From: Candidatus Woesearchaeota archaeon
GTDB taxonomy: Archaea; Nanobdellota; Nanobdellia; SCGC-AAA011-G17; PNOQ01
NCBI GenBank assembly: GCA_018693795.1
Contig: JABHMJ010000010.1
Coordinates: 1-49,265 of the forward strand
Reading direction: 5' to 3'
DNA length: 49,265 bases
Position numbers and translations under genes: made by a program. The notes under the pieces are model-generated. The model had not been told where the DNA came from. It ran no database searches and saw nothing but the letters and a program-made list of their open reading frames with translations. Of this stretch, positions 29,135 to 38,637 are shown piece after piece; the first letter of the stretch is position 1, and each line of letters starts with the position of its first letter.

Positions 29135-30937
29135 TTAAATTTTTGATGAAGGAACCATAAAAATATTTGGATATGAAATTCCTTTTTTATTTAAACAAAT
29201 ACCATTAGTGCATCCATATGTACAAATAGAATCTGAATATACAATATTATCTCCATTACAAGAGTATTGTCTTAAAGATCTTCTTCCATTACATTGATCT
29301 TCTTCATTACCATAAACTCCATTATAATTAGAAACTATTCCTTTTATTTTCAAATCATCTAACTCATCACTATCCTCACAACCAGTAGATTGATAATTAA
29401 CTTCTACATAATTTGTTGGATTTGTTACTCCATTAAATCTATCAATACCCCTAACATTAAATGTATAATCTCCCCAACCTAAAATTTCACTATGGGTGGC
29501 ATCATATTGTTCAGAAAACTCATCAAACAAACCATCAATAGCAGAACTATTAATCCAGCTTCCATTATTTAAATTATATTCAACATTCGAAATTTTATTA
29601 ATAGAGACATCAGAATAATAAGAATTTGGAGAAGGATAAACATCAGAAAATACATCTCCCATTATTGAAAAATAACTACTACTTTGTATTCCTGTAAAAA
29701 AACTAGTAACATTAGGTTCAAAATCAACGATATCTAAAATGCCATCACCGTCACTATCAACCCAACCAATTTGCCCTTTTGCATATTCATCAATTAAATT
29801 ATTTGCAAACGGTGAAGTAATTGATTTCATTATAGAATCTTCAGTTAATGAACATCCATTTATGCAATTTTGATTTTGATAATTCAAATAACCAACATCA
29901 TCAGAACAAGAACAAGAACCATATTGATCTGCAGCACCAAAAATATGTCCAACTTCATGTGCCAAAACAGCATCCATATTATTAATTCCATATTCAGTAT
30001 CATATGTCATAACTAAATATGGTCCGCCACCATCCCCATTCATTACAGCAAAAGCAAAATAATCATCAGCAAACTTCCCATCTTCATCATTACTCGAATC
30101 AACAACAAAAACTGCAAATCCCCAATCAGTATTTTTTAGAGATTTTTGATCATTCACAAAATCATAAATACTATCCATATACGCGCCAGTGAATGGATAA
30201 CCCAAACTTTCCATACTTTGCACAATCCAATAATCAATATGATTAGATTCAATTGGTTCATCAACAACACTAACTTGATCATTCCAATCATAAACAAAAG
30301 TCAAATCAGCATCTGGATTATTAAAAGACCACCAATCTAAACCATTCATAATTTCAGCATGAACTTCCGCAATTTCATCTACAGTCCAATCTTCAGAACC
30401 ACCCACACTCTCTGGTAAAATAACAGAAACACTAACATCTCCAATCATATACAAACTAGTATCAGTAGCCAATGCACCTTGAGGCAAAGATTTTTCAGCA
30501 TTATATTCTTTCTTAGAAAAATCTCTAGCAAAAGGATCATCTTCAAAAGAAACAACATCATTCATAATTGGTTCCAATGAATCATCAAAAACTCTTTCAG
30601 AAATAGGCAAATTTTTCCATTCTAAATTTTTTTCCCAAACAGAATAAATATTTTCTAAACCTTCAGGAGATTCATCTCCAGAATAATAAACTTTAAAATT
30701 TTTAAAATTATAAGGTATTTTTCCAATCAAAACTTTATCTTCAAAAAAGATATGATTTATTTTTCCACCAGAAGCCTCAATTTCACTTCTAGCTAAATTA
30801 ATATCTTCAGCAATAACAAAACCCTCAACTAATTTAACTGGAGATTTAGTATCAACTTCAGCAGCACATCCAGACAAAGACATAATTACTACAAAAAACA
30901 TTACAGAAAACAATGTATTTAATTTTGCCTTTACCAT
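29135..30937 (-). CDS. Secreted/lipid-anchored zinc metalloprotease (metzincin-like) with prodomain, Ig-like and Cys-rich C-terminal domains
   Basis: LSGC lipobox; AHEVGHIFGAADQY; Met-turn SIMK. Confidence 0.9.
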   Translation of the reverse strand: MVKAKLNTLFSVMFFVVIMSLSGCAAEVDTKSPVKLVEGFVIAEDINLARSEIEASGGKINHIFFEDKVLIGKIPYNFKNFKVYYSGDESPEGLENIYSVWEKNLEWKNLPISERVFDDSLEPIMNDVVSFEDDPFARDFSKKEYNAEKSLPQGALATDTSLYMIGDVSVSVILPESVGGSEDWTVDEIAEVHAEIMNGLDWWSFNNPDADLTFVYDWNDQVSVVDEPIESNHIDYWIVQSMESLGYPFTGAYMDSIYDFVNDQKSLKNTDWGFAVFVVDSSNDEDGKFADDYFAFAVMNGDGGGPYLVMTYDTEYGINNMDAVLAHEVGHIFGAADQYGSCSCSDDVGYLNYQNQNCINGCSLTEDSIMKSITSPFANNLIDEYAKGQIGWVDSDGDGILDIVDFEPNVTSFFTGIQSSSYFSIMGDVFSDVYPSPNSYYSDVSINKISNVEYNLNNGSWINSSAIDGLFDEFSEQYDATHSEILGWGDYTFNVRGIDRFNGVTNPTNYVEVNYQSTGCEDSDELDDLKIKGIVSNYNGVYGNEEDQCNGRRSLRQYSCNGDNIVYSDSICTYGCTNGICLNKKGISYPNIFMVPSSKI

Positions 30938-30971
30938 ATTAACTTAGATTGTTGATTATTTAAAAAAGTAA

Positions 30972-31254
30972 CTAAAAAAGAGGAGAAATATAAACTCCTT
31001 CCTCTCTTCGTTTTAAAAATTTTTGAATTTCTTCAGGAGCCTTTTCATGACTCAACAATTCAGAAATATTTACATATTCTTGTCTCACCAAAAATTGATT
31101 TCCACGATGACCACAATAAATAATTCTATCTACAAAAAAAGTATCATCAACGCCACGCAGAAAAACCAGCTATCTTATAATAAATAGTTTCTTGGTAATA
31201 GCTACCCAACACATTATTTTCTAAGTCTTGTTTTAATGTTTTTGTTTCTGCCAT
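30972..31254 (-). pseudogene. Frameshifted hypothetical gene (about 93 aa if repaired)
   Basis: MAETKTLKQ...YKIAG stops at TGA; removing one T from GGTTTTTC (31161-31165) continues as FLRGVDD...ISPLF*; span 283 = 3n+1. Confidence 0.55.
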
Positions 31255-31350
31255 ATCATATAATGTTTAAATAACATTTAAATATACTTGTATTAAAAAA
31301 TTACTCAAAACTAAAAATCTTTAAAAAGAAAAAATATAATTTATGTAATA

Positions 31351-31704
31351 TTAATCCTTCAAGTATCTTCTACTCGGATAATTAAAAGTCCACATAGCCC
31401 CATCATTTTCATAAATAATCCTATGTTCTCTTTCTATCCTATTATTTGCTAAATCTGCTTCTAATTTTTCTAAATTAACATTAGGCTTAGATCTGGATAA
31501 TTCACCTAATAAGGCAACTTCTTCTTTCCACATATCAGTACCAAATCCATCCAATGAACTATGAATATTAACAACTTCTTTTCCATCTGCATAAATTTCA
31601 ATTAATTCTCCATTAATTGCGGATCTACTTTCTTCATTTTTTACAGTTAAACCAAACTCAAGTAATTCTTCAAGTCTTTCATCAACTGTTCTTTTATCTG
31701 TCAT
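31351..31704 (-). CDS. Hypothetical protein
   Basis: 117-aa ORF, divergent promoter region. Confidence 0.7.
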   Translation of the reverse strand: MTDKRTVDERLEELLEFGLTVKNEESRSAINGELIEIYADGKEVVNIHSSLDGFGTDMWKEEVALLGELSRSKPNVNLEKLEADLANNRIEREHRIIYENDGAMWTFNYPSRRYLKD

Positions 31705-31758
31705 CTTAATTTCGGGAATAAAGTAACACTTAAAAAGCTTACTTTTTCTTCAAAAACT

Positions 31759-33183
31759 ATGAAAACAGTAGAAAAACTATTAGAAAAAGCAATATCAAAA
31801 ATTCCTAAAGAGAAAGTGGGATTATTATTCTCTGGAGGCGTAGATTCACTAGCTTTAGCTTTCTACTTAAAAAAATTAAATTATGACTTTACTTGTTACA
31901 CTGTCGGCATTAAAGGTTCAAAAGATATAAAAGCAGCAAAAAAACTAGCTTCTGAATTAAAATTAAAACATGAAGTGCGTATAATACCTAAAAAAGAAAT
32001 TCCTTCATACTTAGCAAAAGTTGTTCCAATTCTAAGAAATACTTCTCCAGTAGATGTTTCAGTTGGTCTTACTACTTACTTAGCATCTTTATTAGCAAAA
32101 GAAAAAATTGTTATTTCTGGATTAGGTGCAGATGAAATATTTGGTGGTTATTCTAGACATAAAGATTCTAAAGATTTGAATTCTGATTTGAAAAAAGGTT
32201 TAGATAGAGTTTACAACGGCGATTTAAAACGTGATGTTACTATTGCTAACTCTTTAGATAAAGAAATCTTTGCTCCTTTTTTAGATAAATCCTTAGTTGA
32301 TTATTCATTAGAACTTCCTGCAACTCAAAAAATTAAATCTGGTGTAAATAAATTAATTTTACGTGAATTATTAATTTCAAATGGTATTTCAGAAGATTCT
32401 GCTATGCGTTTAAAAAAAGCTGCACAATATGGAACTGGTTTTGATAAAGTAATTACTAAATTAAGTAAAGGTTCTTCAAAAGAAAAATATTTGCGTTCGT
32501 TTTTTAATGTTGCTTCACTTTATTCATCTGGGAAAGATAGTACATATTCATTACAATTAGTTCGCGATATGGGTTATAATGTAAATTCTTTAGTTACTAT
32601 AAAAAGTTCTAATTTGGATAGTTATATGTATCACACTCCTAATGTTGATCTTGTTGTTCTACAAGCTGAATCTTTAGGTTTGCCTTTGCTTGTTGAGAAG
32701 ACATCTGGTTTAAAAGAAGATGAGTTAAAAGATCTTGAGAGAGCTCTTATTAAGGCTAAGAAGAAGTTTTCTATTTCTGGAGTTGTAACTGGTGCATTAT
32801 TTTCTGAATATCAGGCCTCTAGGATTGGAAAGATTTGTGATTCTTTGGGTTTAGAATGTTTTAATCCACTTTGGCATAAAGACCAAGCTTCTTATATGAA
32901 AGAAGTTATTAAAGCTGGATATAAAATTATATTTAGTTCTATCGCTGCCGATGGTCTTTCTAAAGAATGGCTAGGTAAAGAAATTACTTTAGAAGATGTT
33001 GATAAGTTAGTTAAGTTACATGCCAAAAATGGTTTGAATGTTGCTGGAGAAGGAGGAGAATTTGAATCTCTTGTTGTTGATTGTCCTTTGTTTGAAAAAA
33101 AGATTGAAGTTGTTGATTCTTCAATTGAGATGGAAAATGAGTATACTGGCAAGTATTTGATAAAGAAAGCTAAATTAGTTTAA
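31759..33183 (+). CDS. dph6: Fusion of an asparagine-synthase-like ATP pyrophosphatase domain and diphthine-ammonia ligase (Dph6)
   Basis: N-half FSGGVDS, SGLGADEIFGGY, APFLD, KKAAQYG; C-half YSSGKDS, SYMYH, GALFSEYQ, PLWH, AGEGGEFES. Confidence 0.92.
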   Translation: MKTVEKLLEKAISKIPKEKVGLLFSGGVDSLALAFYLKKLNYDFTCYTVGIKGSKDIKAAKKLASELKLKHEVRIIPKKEIPSYLAKVVPILRNTSPVDVSVGLTTYLASLLAKEKIVISGLGADEIFGGYSRHKDSKDLNSDLKKGLDRVYNGDLKRDVTIANSLDKEIFAPFLDKSLVDYSLELPATQKIKSGVNKLILRELLISNGISEDSAMRLKKAAQYGTGFDKVITKLSKGSSKEKYLRSFFNVASLYSSGKDSTYSLQLVRDMGYNVNSLVTIKSSNLDSYMYHTPNVDLVVLQAESLGLPLLVEKTSGLKEDELKDLERALIKAKKKFSISGVVTGALFSEYQASRIGKICDSLGLECFNPLWHKDQASYMKEVIKAGYKIIFSSIAADGLSKEWLGKEITLEDVDKLVKLHAKNGLNVAGEGGEFESLVVDCPLFEKKIEVVDSSIEMENEYTGKYLIKKAKLV

Positions 33184-34336
33184 TCCTCTTAACCTTCTCC
33201 TTTACAAACTTCTGCTTAACAAAACTCTCCAAGAACTTACTAGGATCACTAAACTCACGATCCAACTCAACATAAACCTTACTTTTAGAACTCTTAACCT
33301 TTCTACCATACTTCTTCTTAAAAGCCTTAACATGTTCAGAATACTTCAAACTAGGACCATAATGCCTATAAGTCTTAGAAAGAGACTTAACCTTAAACCA
33401 ATAATGCGAAGAATCCCAACCACTATCCTTAACAAAAAAACCATTATAAGAAAAAGAACGCAAAATACGATCATAAAGAGCACGCATCTTAGATAAAGAA
33501 ACATCCTTTCTACCTTCTAAACCAACAACAGAAAGAACAATATAACCTTTCAAAGAACTAACATCAACTTCCTTAAGTACAAAAGAATCTAAACTAAACT
33601 CAGAACAAACCTTAACAAATTCTTTTAACTTCAAAGAAGAAACACCCGCAGCAGCATTTCTTTCAGCCTGAACTGGATCAATCAAAACAAAAGCACCCAA
33701 CTTAGACTTATTAAGTAATTTCAAAGCAATTCCAGAAGAACTATAATGCTTAGCAGGATCTAAAAATAACGAATCCTTAACAGAAGAAAACTTTTTAACA
33801 ACCTTATTAAACGAACCATAATGACTAACCAACAACTCACAAACATAACCAGAAAAACCTTGCAAATGAGATTCAGCACCATACAAATGTTGAGCCTTAA
33901 GTAAAGCTTTCAACTTTCTAACATCATCTTTTCGTTTCAAACGTTTCTTAACATACTTAACATGTAATGGAGAAACATCCATAACATTAACAGCTAACGA
34001 AGCCTTCTTAACATCCAAAACAGGAACAACCTCAAATATAATATCATCAATTACAATATGAAAATAATCTCTAGAACCATGAACAACATGAACTTCCTTA
34101 TACTTCTTACGTAACATAACATAAAGAACAGAAGAAATATCCTCATCTTTATACTTAGAAAAATTAAACTTAACAAAAACATCTATATCTCTATTCCCAG
34201 GTAAATATGTGTCTTTAGCATAAGAACCCCCTAAAAAAAACTTAATATCTCTAGAATCTTTAAACTTAGAAAGAAACTCTTTAACAGTTTTCTTTAACTT
34301 CTTCTTCTCTTCCGAACTAGGAACAATATTTAACAT
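33170..34336 (-). CDS. cca: CCA-adding enzyme (archaeal class I)
   Basis: GGSYAKDTYL...DIDVFV, EVVP, DVSPLH, YGAE...GFSGYVCELLV, DPVQAERNAAA. Confidence 0.95.
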   Translation of the reverse strand: MLNIVPSSEEKKKLKKTVKEFLSKFKDSRDIKFFLGGSYAKDTYLPGNRDIDVFVKFNFSKYKDEDISSVLYVMLRKKYKEVHVVHGSRDYFHIVIDDIIFEVVPVLDVKKASLAVNVMDVSPLHVKYVKKRLKRKDDVRKLKALLKAQHLYGAESHLQGFSGYVCELLVSHYGSFNKVVKKFSSVKDSLFLDPAKHYSSSGIALKLLNKSKLGAFVLIDPVQAERNAAAGVSSLKLKEFVKVCSEFSLDSFVLKEVDVSSLKGYIVLSVVGLEGRKDVSLSKMRALYDRILRSFSYNGFFVKDSGWDSSHYWFKVKSLSKTYRHYGPSLKYSEHVKAFKKKYGRKVKSSKSKVYVELDREFSDPSKFLESFVKQKFVKEKVKRIKLI

Positions 34337-34479
34337 ATGAATAAACTAAATTAAACATTTAAAAAAGTAACTACCCAGAATAATTAACCTAAATCTTAAA
34401 AGTTTAAAAATATTTCTACAAAACAACATATAACATGCACCATAATAGAAATTATAAAAAATAAACCCAAATTTTTAAA

Positions 34480-34755
34480 ATGGCAATAGAAAAAATAGAA
34501 GGAACATGTGTTGTTTGTGATTTAGAATACACGATAAAACAAATAACACATTGGGATGATGGATACGGAGATTCAAAACACGAATGGCAACAATGTCCAG
34601 AATGTAAATACAATCCGGCCTTAACAAGTGAACTAGAAGAAAGAATAAAATTTTACACAGAAATAACTTTAAGAGCAAATAATCTCCCAAGTATAAATTC
34701 TGAAAAAGTTATAGAAAATCTAGTGTCTGTGTTAAAGAAATATTGGCCAACCTAA
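34480..34755 (+). CDS. Small zinc-ribbon protein
   Basis: CVVC...CPEC pairs. Confidence 0.7.
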   Translation: MAIEKIEGTCVVCDLEYTIKQITHWDDGYGDSKHEWQQCPECKYNPALTSELEERIKFYTEITLRANNLPSINSEKVIENLVSVLKKYWPT

Positions 34756-34779
34756 ACAATTTTTTTTGCAAATCTTTAC

Positions 34780-34831
34780 GTTCACATTAATTCTAAAAGA
34801 ATTATGCACGGTTGTAAAACAACTTGTGAAC
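34780..34831. repeat. Structured dispersed repeat, copy 1
   Basis: GTTCACA...TGTGAAC terminal inverted repeat enclosing two hairpins; near-identical copy at 38570-38619. Confidence 0.9.
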
Positions 34832-34879
34832 ACTTTTCTAAATAGTTTATTTTATAAATATCAAATAAAATTTATAATT

Positions 34880-35278
34880 ATGAAAAAAGGAATTGTCATA
34901 GGATTAATTCTCGCAGTTTTAGGTTATGTTTTAAGTATTGCATCAGAAGCAACACAAGATTCTGCAGTAATAACTTCATACGTAACTGGAGGATTTGAAC
35001 TTATCTTCTATTTAATATCCATCCCATTAATTTATCACACAGGGAAAAAAATAAGAAAAGAATCAAAAAAAGAAGGAAATCCCGGATTAAGATTAGTAAG
35101 TTGGATAATGTACGGAGTAGCAATTCCACACGCCCTATTATTTTTTAATTGGGGATTAATCGCAGCAGGAAACAATCGAATACCAAATGGCCAAATACCT
35201 GTAAACTCAGTTATTTTCTTTATTGCAGCAATGTTAATGGTTGCAGATGCATGGAATTCTTACAAACAACATTTATAA
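34880..35278 (+). CDS. Membrane protein (4 TM)
   Basis: Start reassigned to ATG 34880 (MKKGIVIG); four hydrophobic segments. Confidence 0.75.
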   Translation: MKKGIVIGLILAVLGYVLSIASEATQDSAVITSYVTGGFELIFYLISIPLIYHTGKKIRKESKKEGNPGLRLVSWIMYGVAIPHALLFFNWGLIAAGNNRIPNGQIPVNSVIFFIAAMLMVADAWNSYKQHL

Positions 35279-35281
35279 TTT

Positions 35282-35473
35282 TTACTTCAAAACAAATAAT
35301 TCTTCAACACTAACTTTCAAAACTTTAGAAATAGAAAAAGCTAATTGAAGAGAAGGATTATATTTCCCTTGCTCCAAAAAAACAATAGTCTCTCTTCGAA
35401 CCCCAACTTTCTTAGCTAAATCTTCTTGAGTTAAATTATACTTAGCTCTAAACTCTTTAATCCTAGTTTTCAT
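35282..35473 (-). CDS. XRE/Cro-family HTH transcriptional regulator
   Basis: [29 protein letters not shown]. Confidence 0.95.
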   Translation of the reverse strand: MKTRIKEFRAKYNLTQEDLAKKVGVRRETIVFLEQGKYNPSLQLAFSISKVLKVSVEELFVLK

Positions 35474-35874
35474 TTTCTATTATAGTACACCCAACATAAT
35501 CCAAAAAGGATAGCCATACCTAAAACTCCAATGCCCGTTGCTTCTGAAATATCCTCAAAATACAACCATCCGTTTGAAGAACTCCATCCAATAAACAATA
35601 TCCAATACAAAGATATCAAATAAGCTTTAGAACCTGCCTTTTTCATAATATCCTCTGATCTTTCATCATGAATAGAAAATCCTTTTTTTACTTCTTTATA
35701 TTCTCTTTTCAAAAAAGCAATTGCAAACACTAAAACCACAATAGCAATAATAATACTCAAAATACTCCCAACAAATGTTCCATTTTTAAAAGAAACTATT
35801 GAGAATAATATTAATCCTGAAGCTAATAAAAAAGCCGCAATTCCTATCGAATATACTTTTAATTTATCTTTCAT
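35470..35874 (-). CDS. DUF2178-like membrane protein
   Basis: DER...KA motif between TMs; coupled to the XRE HTH gene, the usual arrangement. Confidence 0.8.
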   Translation of the reverse strand: MKDKLKVYSIGIAAFLLASGLILFSIVSFKNGTFVGSILSIIIAIVVLVFAIAFLKREYKEVKKGFSIHDERSEDIMKKAGSKAYLISLYWILFIGWSSSNGWLYFEDISEATGIGVLGMAILFGLCWVYYNRK

Positions 35875-35883
35875 TTTTCCTCC

Positions 35884-35945
35884 ATGTTAGATTTACTTAA
35901 CTTTATGTTAGAAATAGATAACATATACTATATAAACTTTTCTAT
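35884..35945 (-). promoter_or_regulatory. BRE-TATA promoter with two palindromic operators (ATGTTA-N8-TAACWT)
   Basis: Sites at 35884-35903 and 35905-35924 lie between TTTATATA (about 35929-35936) and the GGAGG RBS (35879-35883). Confidence 0.75.
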
Positions 35946-36014
35946 TTTGATAACAAAAAACCACATTTATGATTAACTATTTATCCAACAAACTAATGTA
36001 ATAACAAAAAAACC

Positions 36015-36572
36015 TTACGCTCGAACCCTTCTTCTATAGAAATCAGCCAAAAACATATTATCAGTAAATGCCATTGCTGGAAAACCAATTAAAACTATAA
36101 TCATTAAAGCAAACACAATAACTAACAATATACTCTTCAAAATTACAGTAATATAATCTCCAATATTATAAAATACTGATTTCAAAACCTTAAACTCAAA
36201 ATAAGAACTCACAGTTTCTTTATTATAAAAATTCACAGTTAAAATTGGAACAATAAATACTCCTAAAAATATATCAGTTAAACTCCCAAACCACGGAAAA
36301 ACAAATCCAAAAATTTCAACAATTACAAAATAAGCTATCATAAATGGAAGTCCTTTAAAAAACATAAAAAATCCTAATTCTAAATCACTACTAAATTTGA
36401 ACAAAGGCAATTTCTTAAATTTACCTTTACTAAACTCTTTAACAATTCTAATACTATAACCACTCAAAGCAAGCCAGCCAAAAATAGGCAATAAAATCCA
36501 TAAAATATTCCACAAACCTTTAGCCCTATTAAAGGGATAACTGAATGCATGCTTAAACTTTAAAGTTCTCAT
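36015..36572 (-). CDS. DUF4013-like membrane protein
   Basis: AFSYPF start, GY..RIV, LP.F pattern, several TMs. Confidence 0.8.
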   Translation of the reverse strand: MRTLKFKHAFSYPFNRAKGLWNILWILLPIFGWLALSGYSIRIVKEFSKGKFKKLPLFKFSSDLELGFFMFFKGLPFMIAYFVIVEIFGFVFPWFGSLTDIFLGVFIVPILTVNFYNKETVSSYFEFKVLKSVFYNIGDYITVILKSILLVIVFALMIIVLIGFPAMAFTDNMFLADFYRRRVRA

Positions 36573-36654
36573 AATATTAACAACTATAATTAATATAAAA
36601 GCTTTACGTTAAAAATAGTTTACTTTATAAACCATTCAATATTTCCAATTAAAA

Positions 36655-36993
36655 ATGATAGAAGTAATGATTCACGAAAGAGATCTTGATAGTCCAGTAC
36701 AACACCAATCACGACTTGAAGTTTTCAGAAATGTAATTGATGATTGTTTTCCATCTAATTATCCTCTTGAACTAATGCCAAAAACGGGAAATGTAGGACC
36801 AAGTGTAGCAAAATTCATACCAGATTATAATTTAATAATAATGTATGAAATTTCTTTTAAAAGAAAACAAGTAGATGGAAAACATCTAAAAGAAAAAATA
36901 TCTCTAATCACTAGAGAAAAAGTAGCTGCAATAATAGAACAATTAGAAGATAATAAAAAATATTGGAATTCTTATTTACTTAAAGAGGAATAA
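36655..36993 (+). CDS. Hypothetical protein
   Basis: ORF with TTTATAAA about 25 bp upstream. Confidence 0.65.
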   Translation: MIEVMIHERDLDSPVQHQSRLEVFRNVIDDCFPSNYPLELMPKTGNVGPSVAKFIPDYNLIIMYEISFKRKQVDGKHLKEKISLITREKVAAIIEQLEDNKKYWNSYLLKEE

Positions 36994-37229
36994 TTAACCA
37001 ACTCTTCCTTATATGCACGATTAGAATTCTTAATAAAATACTCTCGCTTCATAGCTAATTCCTTACTAGAAAACTCCTCGGAATAAACTAATTCTTTAAA
37101 CCCTTTAGCCCTAACATATTTTGATCCTTTTCCAGATTTATGTTTCAAAATTCTCTTAGAAACATCATCAGTATAACCAGTATAATAACTTCCATCCAAA
37201 CATTCAAGAATATAAACAAAAAAAGCCAT
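36972..37229 (-). CDS. GIY-YIG nuclease (UPF0213/YhbQ-like)
   Basis: FVYIL..DGSYYTGYT...R...H..GKGSKY, AMKRE; start placed at ATG 37229. Confidence 0.92.
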   Translation of the reverse strand: MAFFVYILECLDGSYYTGYTDDVSKRILKHKSGKGSKYVRAKGFKELVYSEEFSSKELAMKREYFIKNSNRAYKEELVNYSSLSK

Positions 37230-37299
37230 AATAATTCTAAACAAATCATCTTTTTAACTTTTACGTTACTTATTTAAACAAATAAACAATAATAAAACT

Positions 37300-37536
37300 A
37301 TGAATAAATTAACAATTGCAGGAACAATATTATTTGGATTAGGATTACTAGTAGAAATAATATATTCTATCTACCCATTATTTAGTTTAAATGAAGATGT
37401 ACTTCTATTAGGATTAAGAAGAGGAATGATCTGGATGGCATTAGGAGCAATAATGATATTAATCTCGTTAATAAAAGAAAGAATAGATGACGATAAAGAA
37501 TTAAAAAAAATAAACAAGGAGGACTTAGAACCATGA
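37300..37536 (+). CDS. Small 2-TM membrane protein
   Basis: Two hydrophobic segments; ATGA overlap with the next gene. Confidence 0.7.
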   Translation: MNKLTIAGTILFGLGLLVEIIYSIYPLFSLNEDVLLLGLRRGMIWMALGAIMILISLIKERIDDDKELKKINKEDLEP

Positions 37537-37853
37537 TTTTAACAACAACAGAAAAAATAGCAAACAAAGAAGTAGAAAAAACACTAGGATTAGTAAAAGG
37601 TAATGTAATTCAATCTAAACACGTAGGAAAAGACATAATAGCCAGTTTCAAACAAATAATTGGTGGAGAAATAAAACAATACACAGAAATGCTAAGTGAA
37701 GCAAGAGAAATTGCAACTAAAAGAATGATCACAAAAGCTGAAAAACTAGATGCAGATGCAATTATCAATGTAAGATTTATGACTTCAATGGTTATGACTG
37801 GAGCTGCAGAAATTCTAGCTTATGGAACAGCTGTTAAATTAAAAAAAGATTAA
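37533..37853 (+). CDS. YbjQ/UPF0145 family protein
   Basis: MILTTTE, LGLVKG, GGEI..Y, ADAIINVRF, EILAYGTAVK. Confidence 0.93.
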   Translation: MILTTTEKIANKEVEKTLGLVKGNVIQSKHVGKDIIASFKQIIGGEIKQYTEMLSEAREIATKRMITKAEKLDADAIINVRFMTSMVMTGAAEILAYGTAVKLKKD

Positions 37854-37881
37854 TTTTTATTTAAAAAAAATAAAAAAAATA

Positions 37882-38073
37882 TTATTTTTTATCTTTTACT
37901 TGTTTTTCATCAACACAAGAACCACTATCGCAAGCCTTGCATTTGAAAACATGTAATAACAATACTAAACCTGAAGCTACTACTAACCATTTTGTCCAAG
38001 CAGCTGGTTCCCATAAAGTAAATACAATAACAATTAATGGTATAATAATTCCCATACCTTTACATCCATGCAT
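37882..38073 (-). CDS. Small 2-TM protein with Cys-rich tail
   Basis: GGAGGTGA RBS; two TMs; CKAC...C. Confidence 0.7.
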   Translation of the reverse strand: MHGCKGMGIIIPLIVIVFTLWEPAAWTKWLVVASGLVLLLHVFKCKACDSGSCVDEKQVKDKK

Positions 38074-38180
38074 ATATCTTCACCTCCATTTAAGAAAAAT
38101 ATTGATTTTACTATTTATAATCTTTACGTTAATATTATCTTTAAAAACGTTTATAAATTGCATGAAACCTTCTTAAATTA

Positions 38181-38546
38181 ATGAAATACATAAAACCAAT
38201 AAAAAATTTAGATGATTTAAAGGAAGGAGACGAAATTCTTATCCAACATGGCAGTATGGGTAATTATGCATTTAGAAATTATTCTGGCCATGGGTATGTT
38301 ATAGAAGTAAAAGAAATATTTTATGGGTTTCAAGAAAAAGATACTCCAAGGTTAAAGGAAAGAGGGCTTATACCAAACAAAACATTATATTTAAAAGATT
38401 ATGTTGAATTTCCATTCACAATAGGTTTTGATGAGGAATCCCCAAATTCCGAAATAGTTGATTGGTTAAGAGAACAAGAAAAGAGAGAAGAAAAAAGTAT
38501 GCCACTAGGAAGAATATCATTAAGTAAAATAGTAGAAAGAAATTAA
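38181..38546 (+). CDS. Hypothetical protein
   Basis: ORF with TTTATAAA about 25 bp upstream. Confidence 0.65.
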   Translation: MKYIKPIKNLDDLKEGDEILIQHGSMGNYAFRNYSGHGYVIEVKEIFYGFQEKDTPRLKERGLIPNKTLYLKDYVEFPFTIGFDEESPNSEIVDWLREQEKREEKSMPLGRISLSKIVERN

Positions 38547-38568
38547 TTATTTAATTCTAAAAACTTTA

Positions 38569-38620
38569 CGTTCACATTAATTCAAAGAATTATGCACAGT
38601 TGTAAAACAACTTGTGAACG
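38569..38620. repeat. Structured dispersed repeat, copy 2
   Basis: CGTTCACA...TGTGAACG; differs from copy 1 by a 2-nt loop indel and one substitution. Confidence 0.9.
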
Positions 38621-38637
38621 CTTCCCAAAGGTTTGTA

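Noticed and set aside
34766-34879. N-terminal extension of the 34766 ORF across the repeat (similarly extensions at 5958, 20767, 20987)
   Set aside because: Non-ATG or overlapping starts; downstream ATGs give proper signal peptides or gene junctions
36595-38135. Recurring TTTACGTT in intergenic gaps (about 36603, 37260, 38123) as attC-like cassette sites
   Set aside because: On the minus strand it reads CGTAAA followed by a TATA-like box about 25 bp before a start, which is an ordinary BRE-TATA promoter
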